From: a virus
Length of the DNA: 64,000 nt
Strand: one strand, 5' to 3'
IMG/VR virus record: IMGVR_UViG_3300047409_000266
Coordinates: 1 to 64,000 of that record
Position numbers and translations under genes: made by a program. The first letter of the stretch is position 1, and each line of letters opens with the position of its first letter. Shown here one piece after another: positions 1 through 9,967 of the stretch. The notes beneath the pieces were generated by a model. That model saw only the letters and a program-made list of their open reading frames with translations, was not told the origin of the DNA and did no database searches.

Positions 1-1
1 T

Positions 2-36
2 GTGGGGCGGCCGTAGGGCCTCCCCACTTCCTCTTT
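2..36 (+). terminator. GC-rich hairpin with short U-rich tail, possible intrinsic terminator
   Basis: GTGGGG-CGGCC..GGGCC-TCCCCAC followed by TTCCTCTTT. Confidence 0.4.
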
Positions 37-50
37 CAAGGAGAATTCAG

Positions 51-284
51 ATGCGTGGTTTAGGTTTGTTCTTCGGCAGCAACCGCCGCAACGATCCGAT
101 CAAAATGGAAAACCCGCATCCGGTGACGGACTACGGGACTAAGGATGAGCAAAGCGGCAACGCTGGACTCGATGGGTTTACCTGTTTATCCCGCGCCGAT
201 CCGAACGCGCAGGGTAATCCACCGTCGGTTAAGGGGGTGATTGGGCCTGTGTACCGCGGTCCAGATCAGAGTTTCGAGCAATAA
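51..284 (+). CDS. hypothetical virion-module protein
   Basis: ORF with AAGGAG RBS upstream. Confidence 0.6.
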   Translation: MRGLGLFFGSNRRNDPIKMENPHPVTDYGTKDEQSGNAGLDGFTCLSRADPNAQGNPPSVKGVIGPVYRGPDQSFEQ

Positions 285-338
285 TACCAAGGAGGGCGGC
301 CGCCTTCCTTGCATTTCACCATACTGAAAGGAAATACC

Positions 339-662
339 ATGGCACTTCCGAAAATGCCCTTTGGCAAAGACAAGGTCGCTCGTTCGAGCGAAGGTTTTAT
401 TTCTGAGGCTCTCACAGGCGGGCACGGCCCGTCCGAGGGAATGAGCAGCAAAAAGATTGATCGACCCGATCAGTCAATCCTGACTGCGGTAGCGATGGAC
501 AACGTCGATCTCGCTATGCCGATCGAGACGTCGATCCTCGATACGACTGGCATCGCTGGTGGCGTCGATAATCTCAAGCACAGCCTGACAGGTGCTAGCG
601 TGGTCAATGAGGAAGTCGGGGCGGCTGGAAAAATCAAACACATTATTATCCCATCGCACTAA
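339..662 (+). CDS. hypothetical protein
   Basis: ATG at 339 with GAAAGGA RBS (MALPKMPFG...). Confidence 0.6.
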   Translation: MALPKMPFGKDKVARSSEGFISEALTGGHGPSEGMSSKKIDRPDQSILTAVAMDNVDLAMPIETSILDTTGIAGGVDNLKHSLTGASVVNEEVGAAGKIKHIIIPSH

Positions 663-690
663 ATAGTTGCATTATAAGAACCGCCCTCGT

Positions 691-1257
691 CTAAGTTGTA
701 GTCGGGGGCGGTCTCTTATGCCATCTCTCTGGTCGTCGATTAAATGCCTGTTCGCTCCAAGTCGCCCATCTACAATTCTCTGGGCAATAGTCCCCGTCTT
801 TATCTGGATATCTGTCGATCGTCAGATGATCGGCATATCCGTTGGCTAGTGCCCATTCGCGGAATTTGTGTACGTCGTGCCATTCTTCGCACACGCGGAC
901 GCCGCGCGCGCCGTAGTATTCAAATCTAAAGTTTTTGGGGTTCTCACAGCGGCGCAGCATCGCTCCCCAGATTCTGTAAATCCTTGTGCCTTCAAGTCCG
1001 TGCCTGACGTTGGCGCGTCCGTTTGCTGCGGAGGTTTCTAGCTTTAGGCAGCCGCAGCTTTTTGTGCCGCCGCTTCTGACGCTTTCAGATCGAATGATTA
1101 CTTCGGTCCCACAGTCACACCGAAACTTCCAAAGAAGCTTTCGGCCTGCCCCTGTTTCGTGGCCAGCAAATTCAACTGCGGTGAGTCTGTTAAACCGCTG
1201 TCCAGCGGTAAGTTTTCTGGTATATCCAGAAACAGCCTTTGTCATGGGGTGCTCCAT
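691..1257 (-). CDS. free-standing HNH-type homing endonuclease
   Basis: CDCG...KSCGC N-terminal motif; YRIWGAMLRRC, YGARGVRVCEEW, LTIDR...GDYCPENCRWATWSEQAFN; antisense to the structural operon. Confidence 0.8.
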   Translation of the reverse strand: MEHPMTKAVSGYTRKLTAGQRFNRLTAVEFAGHETGAGRKLLWKFRCDCGTEVIIRSESVRSGGTKSCGCLKLETSAANGRANVRHGLEGTRIYRIWGAMLRRCENPKNFRFEYYGARGVRVCEEWHDVHKFREWALANGYADHLTIDRYPDKDGDYCPENCRWATWSEQAFNRRPERWHKRPPPTTT

Positions 1258-1352
1258 CGACTGAGGTTAGGCCCCCAAACGGCGCATCAACGCCTTGGGG
1301 GCCGTTCTTTTATACGCATCACCACAACCAACAGCAATAGGAGCAGAACCAC

Positions 1353-1919
1353 ATGACTACCAACGTCGTAATCCGAATGGATCGTTCGAGGCCATTTTCA
1401 GAGTGCAGAGGTGATCGCCAGCCTGAAGATCCTCTCTATCGCGTAAGTTACTGGCAGGGCCGCAAAGTTGGCGGCAACATGGTTCTTCTGCCGTTCGATG
1501 CAAACGAGATTCTTGTTCCGGATGATGGTGCGACGGAGCCTCGTCCTGGTGTTGTCGACAACAAGAACATCACATATTTTCCGCTTTACAACCAGCCAAT
1601 GCGCGATCTCGTCGCGACTATGCAGAATCGCGCAGCCAGCGGCGCTACCAAGGTAACCGAGATTGAAGAACCGGCTGACAGCGAGACGAATGACGATGAC
1701 AATCACGATCCGATCGACGATGTTAATCTTGCATCGTGGCTACGCGGTGAGGCCAAATATGAATGGCTGATGCTGCAAAAGGCGGCCAAGAAAAACTTCT
1801 CCATCATGTTCACCAGCAAAAAGCAGATGGTTGAGGATCTGGTTCTTGATCACAAGATGGTACCGGAGGATCAGGTCTGCGAGGAATTGGCGAAACACCT
1901 TCCTAAGCGGGCGGCTTAA
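1353..1919 (+). CDS. hypothetical protein
   Basis: 188-aa ORF with AGGAG RBS. Confidence 0.7.
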   Translation: MTTNVVIRMDRSRPFSECRGDRQPEDPLYRVSYWQGRKVGGNMVLLPFDANEILVPDDGATEPRPGVVDNKNITYFPLYNQPMRDLVATMQNRAASGATKVTEIEEPADSETNDDDNHDPIDDVNLASWLRGEAKYEWLMLQKAAKKNFSIMFTSKKQMVEDLVLDHKMVPEDQVCEELAKHLPKRAA

Positions 1920-2226
1920 CGTCTTTCGGCATCAATCCACTAACGATCTCCTGGCGTTTATCGTGACGGCGCCAGGAGATTAAAATGGTGTCAAACAGCT
2001 TCTGGGCGAAGTCAGTTAGTAGCATTCCTTTATATTTCTTGTCGTTTGACTCACAAATACCGAGCATTTCACCAACGGCCATCCCGATTATGCATTTTAA
2101 TATTGAGCAGTGTTGATTTGGGTTATTTGCGTAGGTTTTACGGATTTCGTCGAGGACTGGCTCCATCTTCTTGACCCAGCGTGTGTTGAATTCAGAGAGA
2201 AGTTTTTCGTTGCTCTCCACACTCAT
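1903..2226 (-). CDS. hypothetical protein (AT-rich, antisense moron)
   Basis: 107-aa ORF with GGAGG RBS filling the gap between plus-strand genes. Confidence 0.6.
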   Translation of the reverse strand: MSVESNEKLLSEFNTRWVKKMEPVLDEIRKTYANNPNQHCSILKCIIGMAVGEMLGICESNDKKYKGMLLTDFAQKLFDTILISWRRHDKRQEIVSGLMPKDVKPPA

Positions 2227-2253
2227 CTTGCCCTCCTGCTCCGGTAGAATCTC

Positions 2254-3150
2254 ATGGCAATGACATATACCAGTTTATCAGCCGCGAAAGGAGTCGCGGG
2301 AAGTTTGAAAAACTGGGTTTCGTATAGTCTTTTAGACGTCACAACAATCATCGACGAAGCTCAGGCGCTGGTGTACTCCGCACTCCGCTGTCGCGAAATG
2401 CTCACCTCCATGCAGTTCACCATGTCGGTCGGCGGAGCGAGCTTCGCGCTTCCGGCGCGGTTTCTCGATCCAATCGGGCGCATGAGGTTTACGGGTTTCA
2501 ATCTGCCGGTACGGCATAAGGATAGTTCGTTCGTCGAGACAAACCGCAACTACACGGAACTTTCTGGAACATTAGGGACCAATCCGTTCACGACAGTCAG
2601 TGGCTCAAATGTTGTAACTGTGAATTTGACTGGACACGGGTTCAGTCAGGATTCGATCATCAACACCAGCGGGGCTACTATTTTCAACGGTGTAATAATC
2701 AACGGGACGTTTCAGGTTACATCGATAGTCGACGCCAACAACTTCACGATCGATATCACGGTTCTTGGTACGACACCGAGCGCTGGCGGCGCTGGCGGCG
2801 GGTCGGCGGTCGCATACATCATCGATAATCTGGTCCAAGGTATGCCTGTCTGTTGGGGTATCTGGGATGAAGCCATTCACTTCGATACGGCATTTACGCA
2901 GGTTTCTCTTGGGCGTCTGCAATATTATCAAAGCCTTCCGCTTCTGTCGGTCACAAATCAAAGCAACTTTCTCACCAACCGATACCCGCAGCTTATGCGC
3001 AGAGCATGCGTGGCAGCAGCGGCTGACTTTATGAAAGACGACCAGGAATATCAAAAAGACTTCACGGCACTGCAAGGCATCGTCCAGCAGATCAATATCG
3101 AGAACGATATGGGTATGCGGGGGATGGAGCTTGACACGGAGACGCCGTAA
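2254..3150 (+). CDS. head-tail adaptor / tail tubular protein A-like with inserted beta-rich (FCCH-like) domain
   Basis: MTYTSL...IIDEAQALVYSALRCREM...LPARFL N-terminus and YYQSLPLLS...NFLTNRYPQL C-terminus typical of podovirus adaptors; synteny. Confidence 0.7.
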   Translation: MAMTYTSLSAAKGVAGSLKNWVSYSLLDVTTIIDEAQALVYSALRCREMLTSMQFTMSVGGASFALPARFLDPIGRMRFTGFNLPVRHKDSSFVETNRNYTELSGTLGTNPFTTVSGSNVVTVNLTGHGFSQDSIINTSGATIFNGVIINGTFQVTSIVDANNFTIDITVLGTTPSAGGAGGGSAVAYIIDNLVQGMPVCWGIWDEAIHFDTAFTQVSLGRLQYYQSLPLLSVTNQSNFLTNRYPQLMRRACVAAAADFMKDDQEYQKDFTALQGIVQQINIENDMGMRGMELDTETP

Positions 3151-4500
3151 ATGCCAGCAGACACTTTTTCCACCGGCCTCGGCTACCTCATCATGGGGAC
3201 CGGCAATGACAATAATTCGTGGGGCAACAACGCGAATACATTTGTCTTTCAGATATTCGAAGATGCAATTTCTGGTCAGTTGACGTCGACGGTTACGGGT
3301 GGGACTCTTGATCTATCAGGATCGCCGCCTCCTGCCGCCCCATCTCAGGTCAGATACAATGAACTTATTTTCAATGGTGTTCTGACTTCTAACCAAATCG
3401 TCATAGTTCCAAACCTGCCCAAATTCTGGCGGGTCAATAATGCGACAAGCGGTGCATTTACACTTTCATTTAAGACGACGAGTGGGTCTGCTGTCGTAAT
3501 CCCGCAAGGTGGCCATCAGACTGTCGAGTGCGAAGGAAATAACGTAATCGACGTGTTCCCGTTCAATTCCAGGCAAGTTCAAATGCCTGACGGTTCGGCT
3601 TCTGCACCAGTCTTGTCTAACATCAACGAGACAAATTCAGGGTGGTATCGCAACAGCACACAAGACTGGCGTTTGTCCATCGCTGGGATTGATGTTCTGC
3701 AAGTGACAGGGGCTGGGGCCGCTTCTCCGAACATCTTTAACATTTTAGCGCCAAACATTCTGCAACTAAGCGGCGCTCAAGTAATACCACCAGGAATTGA
3801 ACAAGCTTATGCCGGGATTGAATTGCCATCGCCGTCAGGAGCTTGGCTATGGACAGACGGCGCTCCATATAGTCGAGTGACATTTGCCCCGCTGTTCAAC
3901 GCAATTACCAAGACTGCAACCGGGAACTCTCACTCAAACACAACGATAGACAATCTATCGGCTGATTTGCGCGGCAAGGGCCTAGAGGGCGGGTTGGTAG
4001 AAGGGATTGGAATCCCGACCGCTACAACGATTGTCAGTATTGCGGCAACATCGTTGGTCATATCGCAAGCGGCGACCAGTACGAATCCCGGAATTACGAT
4101 TCGCGCGCTCCCATTCGGTCAAGGAGACGCCTCAACTACATTCAACGTGCCAGACCGGCGTTATCGCACACTTGTCGGCCGCGATAACATGAACAACAAT
4201 CCAGCCGGTCGTTCGTCTGCCTTCGCCGGAACGCATTTAAGCACAGCAGGTGGTGAGGAAAGCCACACGATTACGATTTCGGAAATGCCATCTCACTCAC
4301 ACGACATACCCACAATAAACACAGCTAGCACCGGAGGCACCGGTGGCCTCGTTTATCTCTTGCAAGGTGACACCATAGGATCACCAGTAAATGCCAACAA
4401 CTTTTTCGGCAATGGAGGTGCAGTAATTGCAATCGGAGGGGGCGCGGCGCATAACAACATGCAAGATTTTGGCGTCACTAATATAATTATAAAGACATAA
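3151..4500 (+). CDS. tail fibre protein with tail-collar domain
   Basis: PPG...YAG...WLWTDG...YSR..FAPLF...GDASTTFNVPDRR...GGEESHTITISEMPSHSH...HNNMQ...NIIIKT collar motifs. Confidence 0.8.
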   Translation: MPADTFSTGLGYLIMGTGNDNNSWGNNANTFVFQIFEDAISGQLTSTVTGGTLDLSGSPPPAAPSQVRYNELIFNGVLTSNQIVIVPNLPKFWRVNNATSGAFTLSFKTTSGSAVVIPQGGHQTVECEGNNVIDVFPFNSRQVQMPDGSASAPVLSNINETNSGWYRNSTQDWRLSIAGIDVLQVTGAGAASPNIFNILAPNILQLSGAQVIPPGIEQAYAGIELPSPSGAWLWTDGAPYSRVTFAPLFNAITKTATGNSHSNTTIDNLSADLRGKGLEGGLVEGIGIPTATTIVSIAATSLVISQAATSTNPGITIRALPFGQGDASTTFNVPDRRYRTLVGRDNMNNNPAGRSSAFAGTHLSTAGGEESHTITISEMPSHSHDIPTINTASTGGTGGLVYLLQGDTIGSPVNANNFFGNGGAVIAIGGGAAHNNMQDFGVTNIIIKT

Positions 4501-6341
4501 TGTCCGCCCTTGTTCCACTCCCGATTACTCCCCCTCCCGGTGTTGTGGTAACGGAAACAAGTCGCGTTGCAGAGGGGCGATGGATTCTGCCATTTGACAA
4601 GATCAGGTTTGTCAATGGACGCCCACAGAAAATCGGCGGGAATATCCGTCTCACCAGCACGCCGATGTCTGGGACGCCGCGCACCAGTCTTGCGTGGCGA
4701 GATTTTCTGCAAAACCAATACTATGCTGCCGGCACCTACCGAAAGCTATACGCTTTCGATTCAAGTTGGACGTTGAATGACATAACGCCATTTAGTTCAA
4801 CCGGCGCACTTGGGGCAAACCCGTTCACGACATCGAATGGTTCTGCCGGCGTTGTTGTCGCGCAGACAACTCATGGGCGGTCAGTAGGTGACACCGCAAT
4901 ATTTTCTGGCGCATCGACATTCAACAATGTGACAATGAATGGCACATTTATTGTCACATCTGTCGTCGACGGTAACAACTTTACCGTGGTGGCCACCACG
5001 ACTGCCAATAATAGTGGAGCAGGCGGCGGGGCGGCAGTCACATTCCAATACGAAATACCTATCGGCACTGAACTAGGTGCCTTCGGTCAGGGTTGGGGTG
5101 TTGGCCCATGGGGGCTAGGCACATGGGGTACACCTCGCGGCTCATCGACAATCTTCTTTGAACCTCGCGTTTGGGCTCTGGATCACTTCGGTGTTGTGCT
5201 GCTCGCCACATATAACGGCGGAACACTTTGGGCCTTTGATCCAACGCAGAACCAGCCTTGGCCACGGGCGGTAAGCACATTCAACGGTATACCGATGAAT
5301 GCGCCGACCGACTTTCGGTCGATGTTCATTACACCAGAGCGATTTGTCGTCGGTCTTTGCGACAAGATGGTCGTGAAGGTCTGCAGCCAGAATGACCCAA
5401 CGACGTGGACGCCGGCTACTGATAACACTGCATTCCAGCGCACGCTGCAGGAGGGCACAAAGCTTATCGCTGGCCGCGTTCTTGCGCCGTACATTTCACT
5501 GATCTGGACTGATGCCGCGCTTTACATATTCCAATATACTGGATCGCAATTTGTCTACAATTCATCGATGGCGGGCAAAGATTGTGGCCTGCTCGGGCCA
5601 AATGCTGCGGTCACTGTCGATGGCGTGGCTTATTGGATGGGGGCGGATCATAATTTCTATATGTTCAATGGGTCCGTGCAAAGAATGCCGCGGCAAGACG
5701 ACGTCCGAAAATATATTTTTGATGCCATCCCTGATACGTTAGGATTTCAGTGTTGCGCAATTCTCGTTCCAAACTTCCGCGAAATCTGGTTTTTCTATCC
5801 GACGATTGGCGCGAACAACCCGACCAACTACGTGATCTACAGCATTATAAACCAGTGCTTTGCACCAGGGGTTGGTGACTTTTATTCCAGCCTTGGAGTT
5901 GTTGCTGCTAGGGCGTCAGGGACACATTTTACGCAAGGCGATACATCGACGCTGATGGCCGGAACGGACGGGTACGTGTACGAGCACGACGGCCCGAATG
6001 ACGCAAACAACGACAATGGAAACCCTCTGACCTGGACAATGACGCTCGCGCCATACGCAATGCAAGAAGGAATGCAGAGCATGCACTTGGCGCACATGCT
6101 GTTTGATTTCAAAGATCAGGTTGGAAATATCTCCGCTACCGTCAACACATTCGACCGTTTGACCGATGCGGCACCGATGGATTCGGAGACGGAGACAATC
6201 CCGGATACAAACGCTGGTTTGACGGATTTTCGCGTTGAGGGCAGATATCTTGGGCTAACACTCAGTTCATCAGATCTTGGAAACTACATGAGGTCCGGGA
6301 AACATTGTGCGTTTGTTCGGCCGACAGGAAAGCGAAACTAA
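4500..6341 (+). CDS. tail nozzle / tail tubular protein B (P22 gp10-like)
   Basis: 613-aa beta-rich ORF, PPGV...RW...KIRF..GRPQKIGG start and GWGVGPWGLGTWG motif; synteny. Confidence 0.7.
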   Translation: MSALVPLPITPPPGVVVTETSRVAEGRWILPFDKIRFVNGRPQKIGGNIRLTSTPMSGTPRTSLAWRDFLQNQYYAAGTYRKLYAFDSSWTLNDITPFSSTGALGANPFTTSNGSAGVVVAQTTHGRSVGDTAIFSGASTFNNVTMNGTFIVTSVVDGNNFTVVATTTANNSGAGGGAAVTFQYEIPIGTELGAFGQGWGVGPWGLGTWGTPRGSSTIFFEPRVWALDHFGVVLLATYNGGTLWAFDPTQNQPWPRAVSTFNGIPMNAPTDFRSMFITPERFVVGLCDKMVVKVCSQNDPTTWTPATDNTAFQRTLQEGTKLIAGRVLAPYISLIWTDAALYIFQYTGSQFVYNSSMAGKDCGLLGPNAAVTVDGVAYWMGADHNFYMFNGSVQRMPRQDDVRKYIFDAIPDTLGFQCCAILVPNFREIWFFYPTIGANNPTNYVIYSIINQCFAPGVGDFYSSLGVVAARASGTHFTQGDTSTLMAGTDGYVYEHDGPNDANNDNGNPLTWTMTLAPYAMQEGMQSMHLAHMLFDFKDQVGNISATVNTFDRLTDAAPMDSETETIPDTNAGLTDFRVEGRYLGLTLSSSDLGNYMRSGKHCAFVRPTGKRN

Positions 6342-6571
6342 TGCGACCTGTTACTCTCAATCAGAACGATTTGCGGTCGTCATTAGCGGAGATAGAGCGC
6401 GCATCTCACGAAAACGACGTCCTTGAGGTCTCGAAAAACTTTACGTTCGATGCGGCGTTTACACAGCAAATGCAGTTGCTAGTCAGCGCGCCGACGTTGG
6501 CAAATACGAATGCAGTGTTGGCAACGCTATTGCAAATCTTGCAGTCCGGCGGGACAACTCGTACGACTTAG
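6341..6571 (+). CDS. small virion-associated protein
   Basis: ATG overlaps stop of previous gene. Confidence 0.55.
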   Translation: MRPVTLNQNDLRSSLAEIERASHENDVLEVSKNFTFDAAFTQQMQLLVSAPTLANTNAVLATLLQILQSGGTTRTT

Positions 6572-6574
6572 GGT

Positions 6575-7030
6575 ATGGATTCTGGCATAGAGCAAAGCCA
6601 AAACATCGTCATTCGATATGCCGCGACCGACGAAGATGTCGTCGCGATCCATCAGTTTCTTTGCGTAGTAGCTGGGCCGACGCTCCCAGGCCCAATAGAC
6701 CCCAAGGATTCCTCAATTGAGGTGTGGCGCGTGGTTAACCACGACGTAGCGCTGATGGCGATGCGCGGCGATTTACTCGTCGGTACGCTCGGCTTAATAC
6801 GTCCTAAATTCTGGTGGGGTAAGGTCTGGTTCTTGGCGAACCGGTGGTTTTTCGTGCTGACGCCAAAAACTGGCATCGGGAAGCCACTGCTCAAAGAAGG
6901 GATCGCGATCGCGAAAGCGTCCGATCTCGAGTTGCACATCTACGACGAAAACGGCGGCCGCCTTAAAGTGTTCAACAAGAGTGAGAAGCGTCATGTGCCT
7001 GGGCAACGATACAAAACAATCACAGACTGA
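6575..7030 (+). CDS. GNAT-like acetyltransferase-fold protein
   Basis: IRYAATDEDV...LVGTLGL...WFFV...GIGKPLL pattern; usual position before ejection genes. Confidence 0.55.
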   Translation: MDSGIEQSQNIVIRYAATDEDVVAIHQFLCVVAGPTLPGPIDPKDSSIEVWRVVNHDVALMAMRGDLLVGTLGLIRPKFWWGKVWFLANRWFFVLTPKTGIGKPLLKEGIAIAKASDLELHIYDENGGRLKVFNKSEKRHVPGQRYKTITD

Positions 7031-8093
7031 CACCTCAAGCACACAGACACCGCCCGCTTGGCTGTCAGGTGCAGCCCAGCAAAACGTGGGGTTCGCTCAA
7101 AACCTACAGAATACCGGATTTACGCCCTACACCGGGTCACAAGTTGCGAGCTTTAGCCCACAGCAACAGCAGTCATTTGGGCTCGGCTCCGATATTGCTG
7201 GTGGAATCCAGCCGTACGTCGGGCAGGCTGGCGGGCTGATATCGAACTACGCCAATGCTGGCCCAGGCTCTGTGTCACCACAGACCATTGCCTCGCAGAT
7301 GTCTCCATACATGAATAATTATGTCAACCTCGCGCTGCAGCCGCAGCTTGAGCAGCTCAACCAGCAGTTTGCCGGTCAGAACAAGTCGTTCGACTCTGCG
7401 GCGACTGGAGCGGGGGCATTCGGCGATTCATCATGGAACCTCGGCCGCACCAATCTCACGCAGCAGCAGGACACCGCGCGCACCGGTCTGATCGGTAATG
7501 CCTACAACAACGCGTTCAATACGGCGATCGGCGCTGGCGCGCAGGATGTAGCGAGCAATCTGCAAGGGCAAACTACCAACGCGAACTTGCGGGAGACTGC
7601 ACTCAATCGCCAACTTGGCGGCGCAAACGCTCTCACAAGCGCTGGCACTAATGCAACAAATCTCATCAACACGCTCGGTGGCCAACAGACCGCGCAGCAA
7701 CAAGCTCAATTGAATGCCGCCTACAATCAATGGCTGATGGCACAGCAATATCCGTTCCAGACGACGCAGCTTCTTAATCAAACGGTTCAGGCGGGCCGTG
7801 CCGGTGCACCGATCTCGACGACTGGGACGAGCACCACGACGGCTCCGGATAATTCAGGATTTGGCATTCTCGGATCTGCGCTTGGTGCCATGCTGCCGGG
7901 CAGGAAAGCCGATGGCGGCCCTGTTGCGCCCGGTCAGCCTACCGTTGTAGGCGAGCGTGGGCCTGAATTGATCGTACCGAACACGCAGAGCGTGGTGATC
8001 CCGTACGAAGTGTTGCTCGCTGCGATCAAACAACGCGACGGCGCGAAAGCCCCAGCCACCGCCACTGGGCCATCGTTCGGAATCGCGGCTTAA
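6993..8093 (+). CDS. DNA ejection / pilot protein
   Basis: Q/G/A/N-rich helical protein; MSPYMNNYV and GAGAFG motifs; synteny. Confidence 0.65.
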   Translation: MCLGNDTKQSQTDTSSTQTPPAWLSGAAQQNVGFAQNLQNTGFTPYTGSQVASFSPQQQQSFGLGSDIAGGIQPYVGQAGGLISNYANAGPGSVSPQTIASQMSPYMNNYVNLALQPQLEQLNQQFAGQNKSFDSAATGAGAFGDSSWNLGRTNLTQQQDTARTGLIGNAYNNAFNTAIGAGAQDVASNLQGQTTNANLRETALNRQLGGANALTSAGTNATNLINTLGGQQTAQQQAQLNAAYNQWLMAQQYPFQTTQLLNQTVQAGRAGAPISTTGTSTTTAPDNSGFGILGSALGAMLPGRKADGGPVAPGQPTVVGERGPELIVPNTQSVVIPYEVLLAAIKQRDGAKAPATATGPSFGIAA

Positions 8094-8108
8094 AGAAAGA
8101 TCACTGCC

Positions 8109-9377
8109 ATGGGCATGCTCGATGACATGTTCGGGGACAACAGCACATTCGTGCAGAACATCCTCGGGATAAACCCGGCTGCGGCAAAACCAGCACCGCA
8201 AGGCACGCTGATGCCGCAGCCGCAGCAACCACCTGGGCCATCGCCGCAAACGCTAGCGATGACCAATGCACCGATGGACACCGCGCAGGCTCCGCCGTCT
8301 GCGAACACGATGGGCATGTCGAACGCAGGCGGTAGTCCGGTCTCTCCTAATCTCGCGTTCCAAGCGCAACTCAATCCGCAGATCGCAACGCCGCAAAACC
8401 CTATCCCACCGAACGGCGGTCAGGGTCCGGCGCCGCCGAGCGGGTTCCCGCCTTCAGCCCCGCCACCAGTACAGTTAAATCAAGGGCCGCCTGGATCGAA
8501 TATCTCTGGCGGCCTTATCGGCGGGCTTCCACCGCCAAATGGCGCTATCCCGCCGCCTCCGCCGTCGACTGGTCAAGGTCCGGTGACGAGCACGACCGGA
8601 AACGGTCTCGCTGGGGCGCTTGGTCTAAACAATGACCAGTGGCGCGCGAAAATGGCTGGGCTCGGACGTGGCCTCAGCGCTGTCGGCAATATCCGACCAG
8701 GAACACCCGCAGTCGCGGCGTTAGCCGCTGGCGCTGGCGGTACGCTCACCGGCCAAAATCAGGCGCAGGACACGCAGATCGCGCAGGCGAGGGCGAAGCA
8801 AAACGATGCGTTCAGCCAAGATTTGCAAACCAAAAACTACGATATCTCTAAACTTAAAGCAGCCATCAGCACTAAAATGATGAACGAGAAAATACCATTC
8901 TGGCAGACTCGCACTGATGTGTTAAAAACAAAGGCAGCGCAGGATGCCTCGTCGAAGGCATGGCAGATGAGCGAGCCTGGGAAGTACCACACTGCCGAGA
9001 CTGAAATTCAGCAGCATGAAAAGGGCCTCCTTGCGTTGTACCGCGATGAAATCAAGGATGCCACCTTGTCGGGAGACAAGGAGCGCCTGGATAAAGTGAG
9101 AAAAGTCGTCCAAGATGGTGTCGAAGATTTTCGGCAGAAAACTTATAAAAAATATAGCCTTGATCCGAAGAAGGCCGAAGATGCTGCGAAGAAAGGGTTT
9201 GTTGGGACTGAGGACCAGATCAAGCATCTGCCTCCTGGCACGCCGTTCTGGGATCCAAAATCTGGCACCACTCTAAAACGCAAGAAAGATCAGTTCAGCG
9301 AGCCAGTCACTGGCGAGCAGAATGCTCTTGCCATGCCAGGGCAAAATGAACAAGTTGGTGCTGGAGCCGAACAATAA
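8109..9377 (+). CDS. DNA ejection protein, Pro-rich N-terminus
   Basis: 422-aa ORF between pilot and giant genes. Confidence 0.55.
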   Translation: MGMLDDMFGDNSTFVQNILGINPAAAKPAPQGTLMPQPQQPPGPSPQTLAMTNAPMDTAQAPPSANTMGMSNAGGSPVSPNLAFQAQLNPQIATPQNPIPPNGGQGPAPPSGFPPSAPPPVQLNQGPPGSNISGGLIGGLPPPNGAIPPPPPSTGQGPVTSTTGNGLAGALGLNNDQWRAKMAGLGRGLSAVGNIRPGTPAVAALAAGAGGTLTGQNQAQDTQIAQARAKQNDAFSQDLQTKNYDISKLKAAISTKMMNEKIPFWQTRTDVLKTKAAQDASSKAWQMSEPGKYHTAETEIQQHEKGLLALYRDEIKDATLSGDKERLDKVRKVVQDGVEDFRQKTYKKYSLDPKKAEDAAKKGFVGTEDQIKHLPPGTPFWDPKSGTTLKRKKDQFSEPVTGEQNALAMPGQNEQVGAGAEQ

Positions 9378-9380
9378 ACC

Positions 9381-9515
9381 ATGAATGAATTCTACCGAGT
9401 GCTTTCAGGTGCCCCTATCACGCCGCGCGAGGTTCGCGCCGCTGGCATGTTTGCTCTCGCATGGTTTTTTATGGATGCGTTCTGGTTCTTTGGAACCGTG
9501 ATGAAGTGGTTTTAG
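9381..9515 (+). CDS. small hydrophobic peptide (44 aa)
   Basis: hand-translated MNEFYRVLSG...FALAWFFMDAFWFFGTVMKWF*. Confidence 0.35.
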   Translation: MNEFYRVLSGAPITPREVRAAGMFALAWFFMDAFWFFGTVMKWF

Positions 9516-9529
9516 GCAAGGAGCATATC

Positions 9530-9961
9530 ATGCCAGATGGTATCGTCATGTCCGATGAAAGAGCCATTGGGCACAGAATAAAACTAGAGAGCATTGCTCG
9601 CGCGTATCGTAAGCCAAGTCCGTGTGATCCAGTTGTGGAAGCCGTGCACTGTTATTGCTCTGATCGTTATGGTGGCCCAAAAAATACACAACAGGTCGAG
9701 CTATTCATCGCGGCAAATATCACGCATGATTTGATTGCTGCATCTGATCTTCTCCCATCACGCGAAGTCACGGTTCTTATTCTAAAGCGTTTGGGTTACG
9801 AAACAGACGGTTGCTACTGGTACAGAAAATCCAACAAAATGCGTTCTGTATATCGGTATCTAAGATCATTTCTGCCGCATCGAAAGGAGAAACTTGATGT
9901 TGGCGAGTGGGGTTCGCTTGATGTGCCGCGTAAATGGAACGCAGCGGTAGAGGAAGATTGA
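9530..9961 (+). CDS. hypothetical protein
   Basis: AAGGAG RBS before ATG 9530. Confidence 0.55.
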   Translation: MPDGIVMSDERAIGHRIKLESIARAYRKPSPCDPVVEAVHCYCSDRYGGPKNTQQVELFIAANITHDLIAASDLLPSREVTVLILKRLGYETDGCYWYRKSNKMRSVYRYLRSFLPHRKEKLDVGEWGSLDVPRKWNAAVEED

Positions 9962-9967
9962 TAGTCA

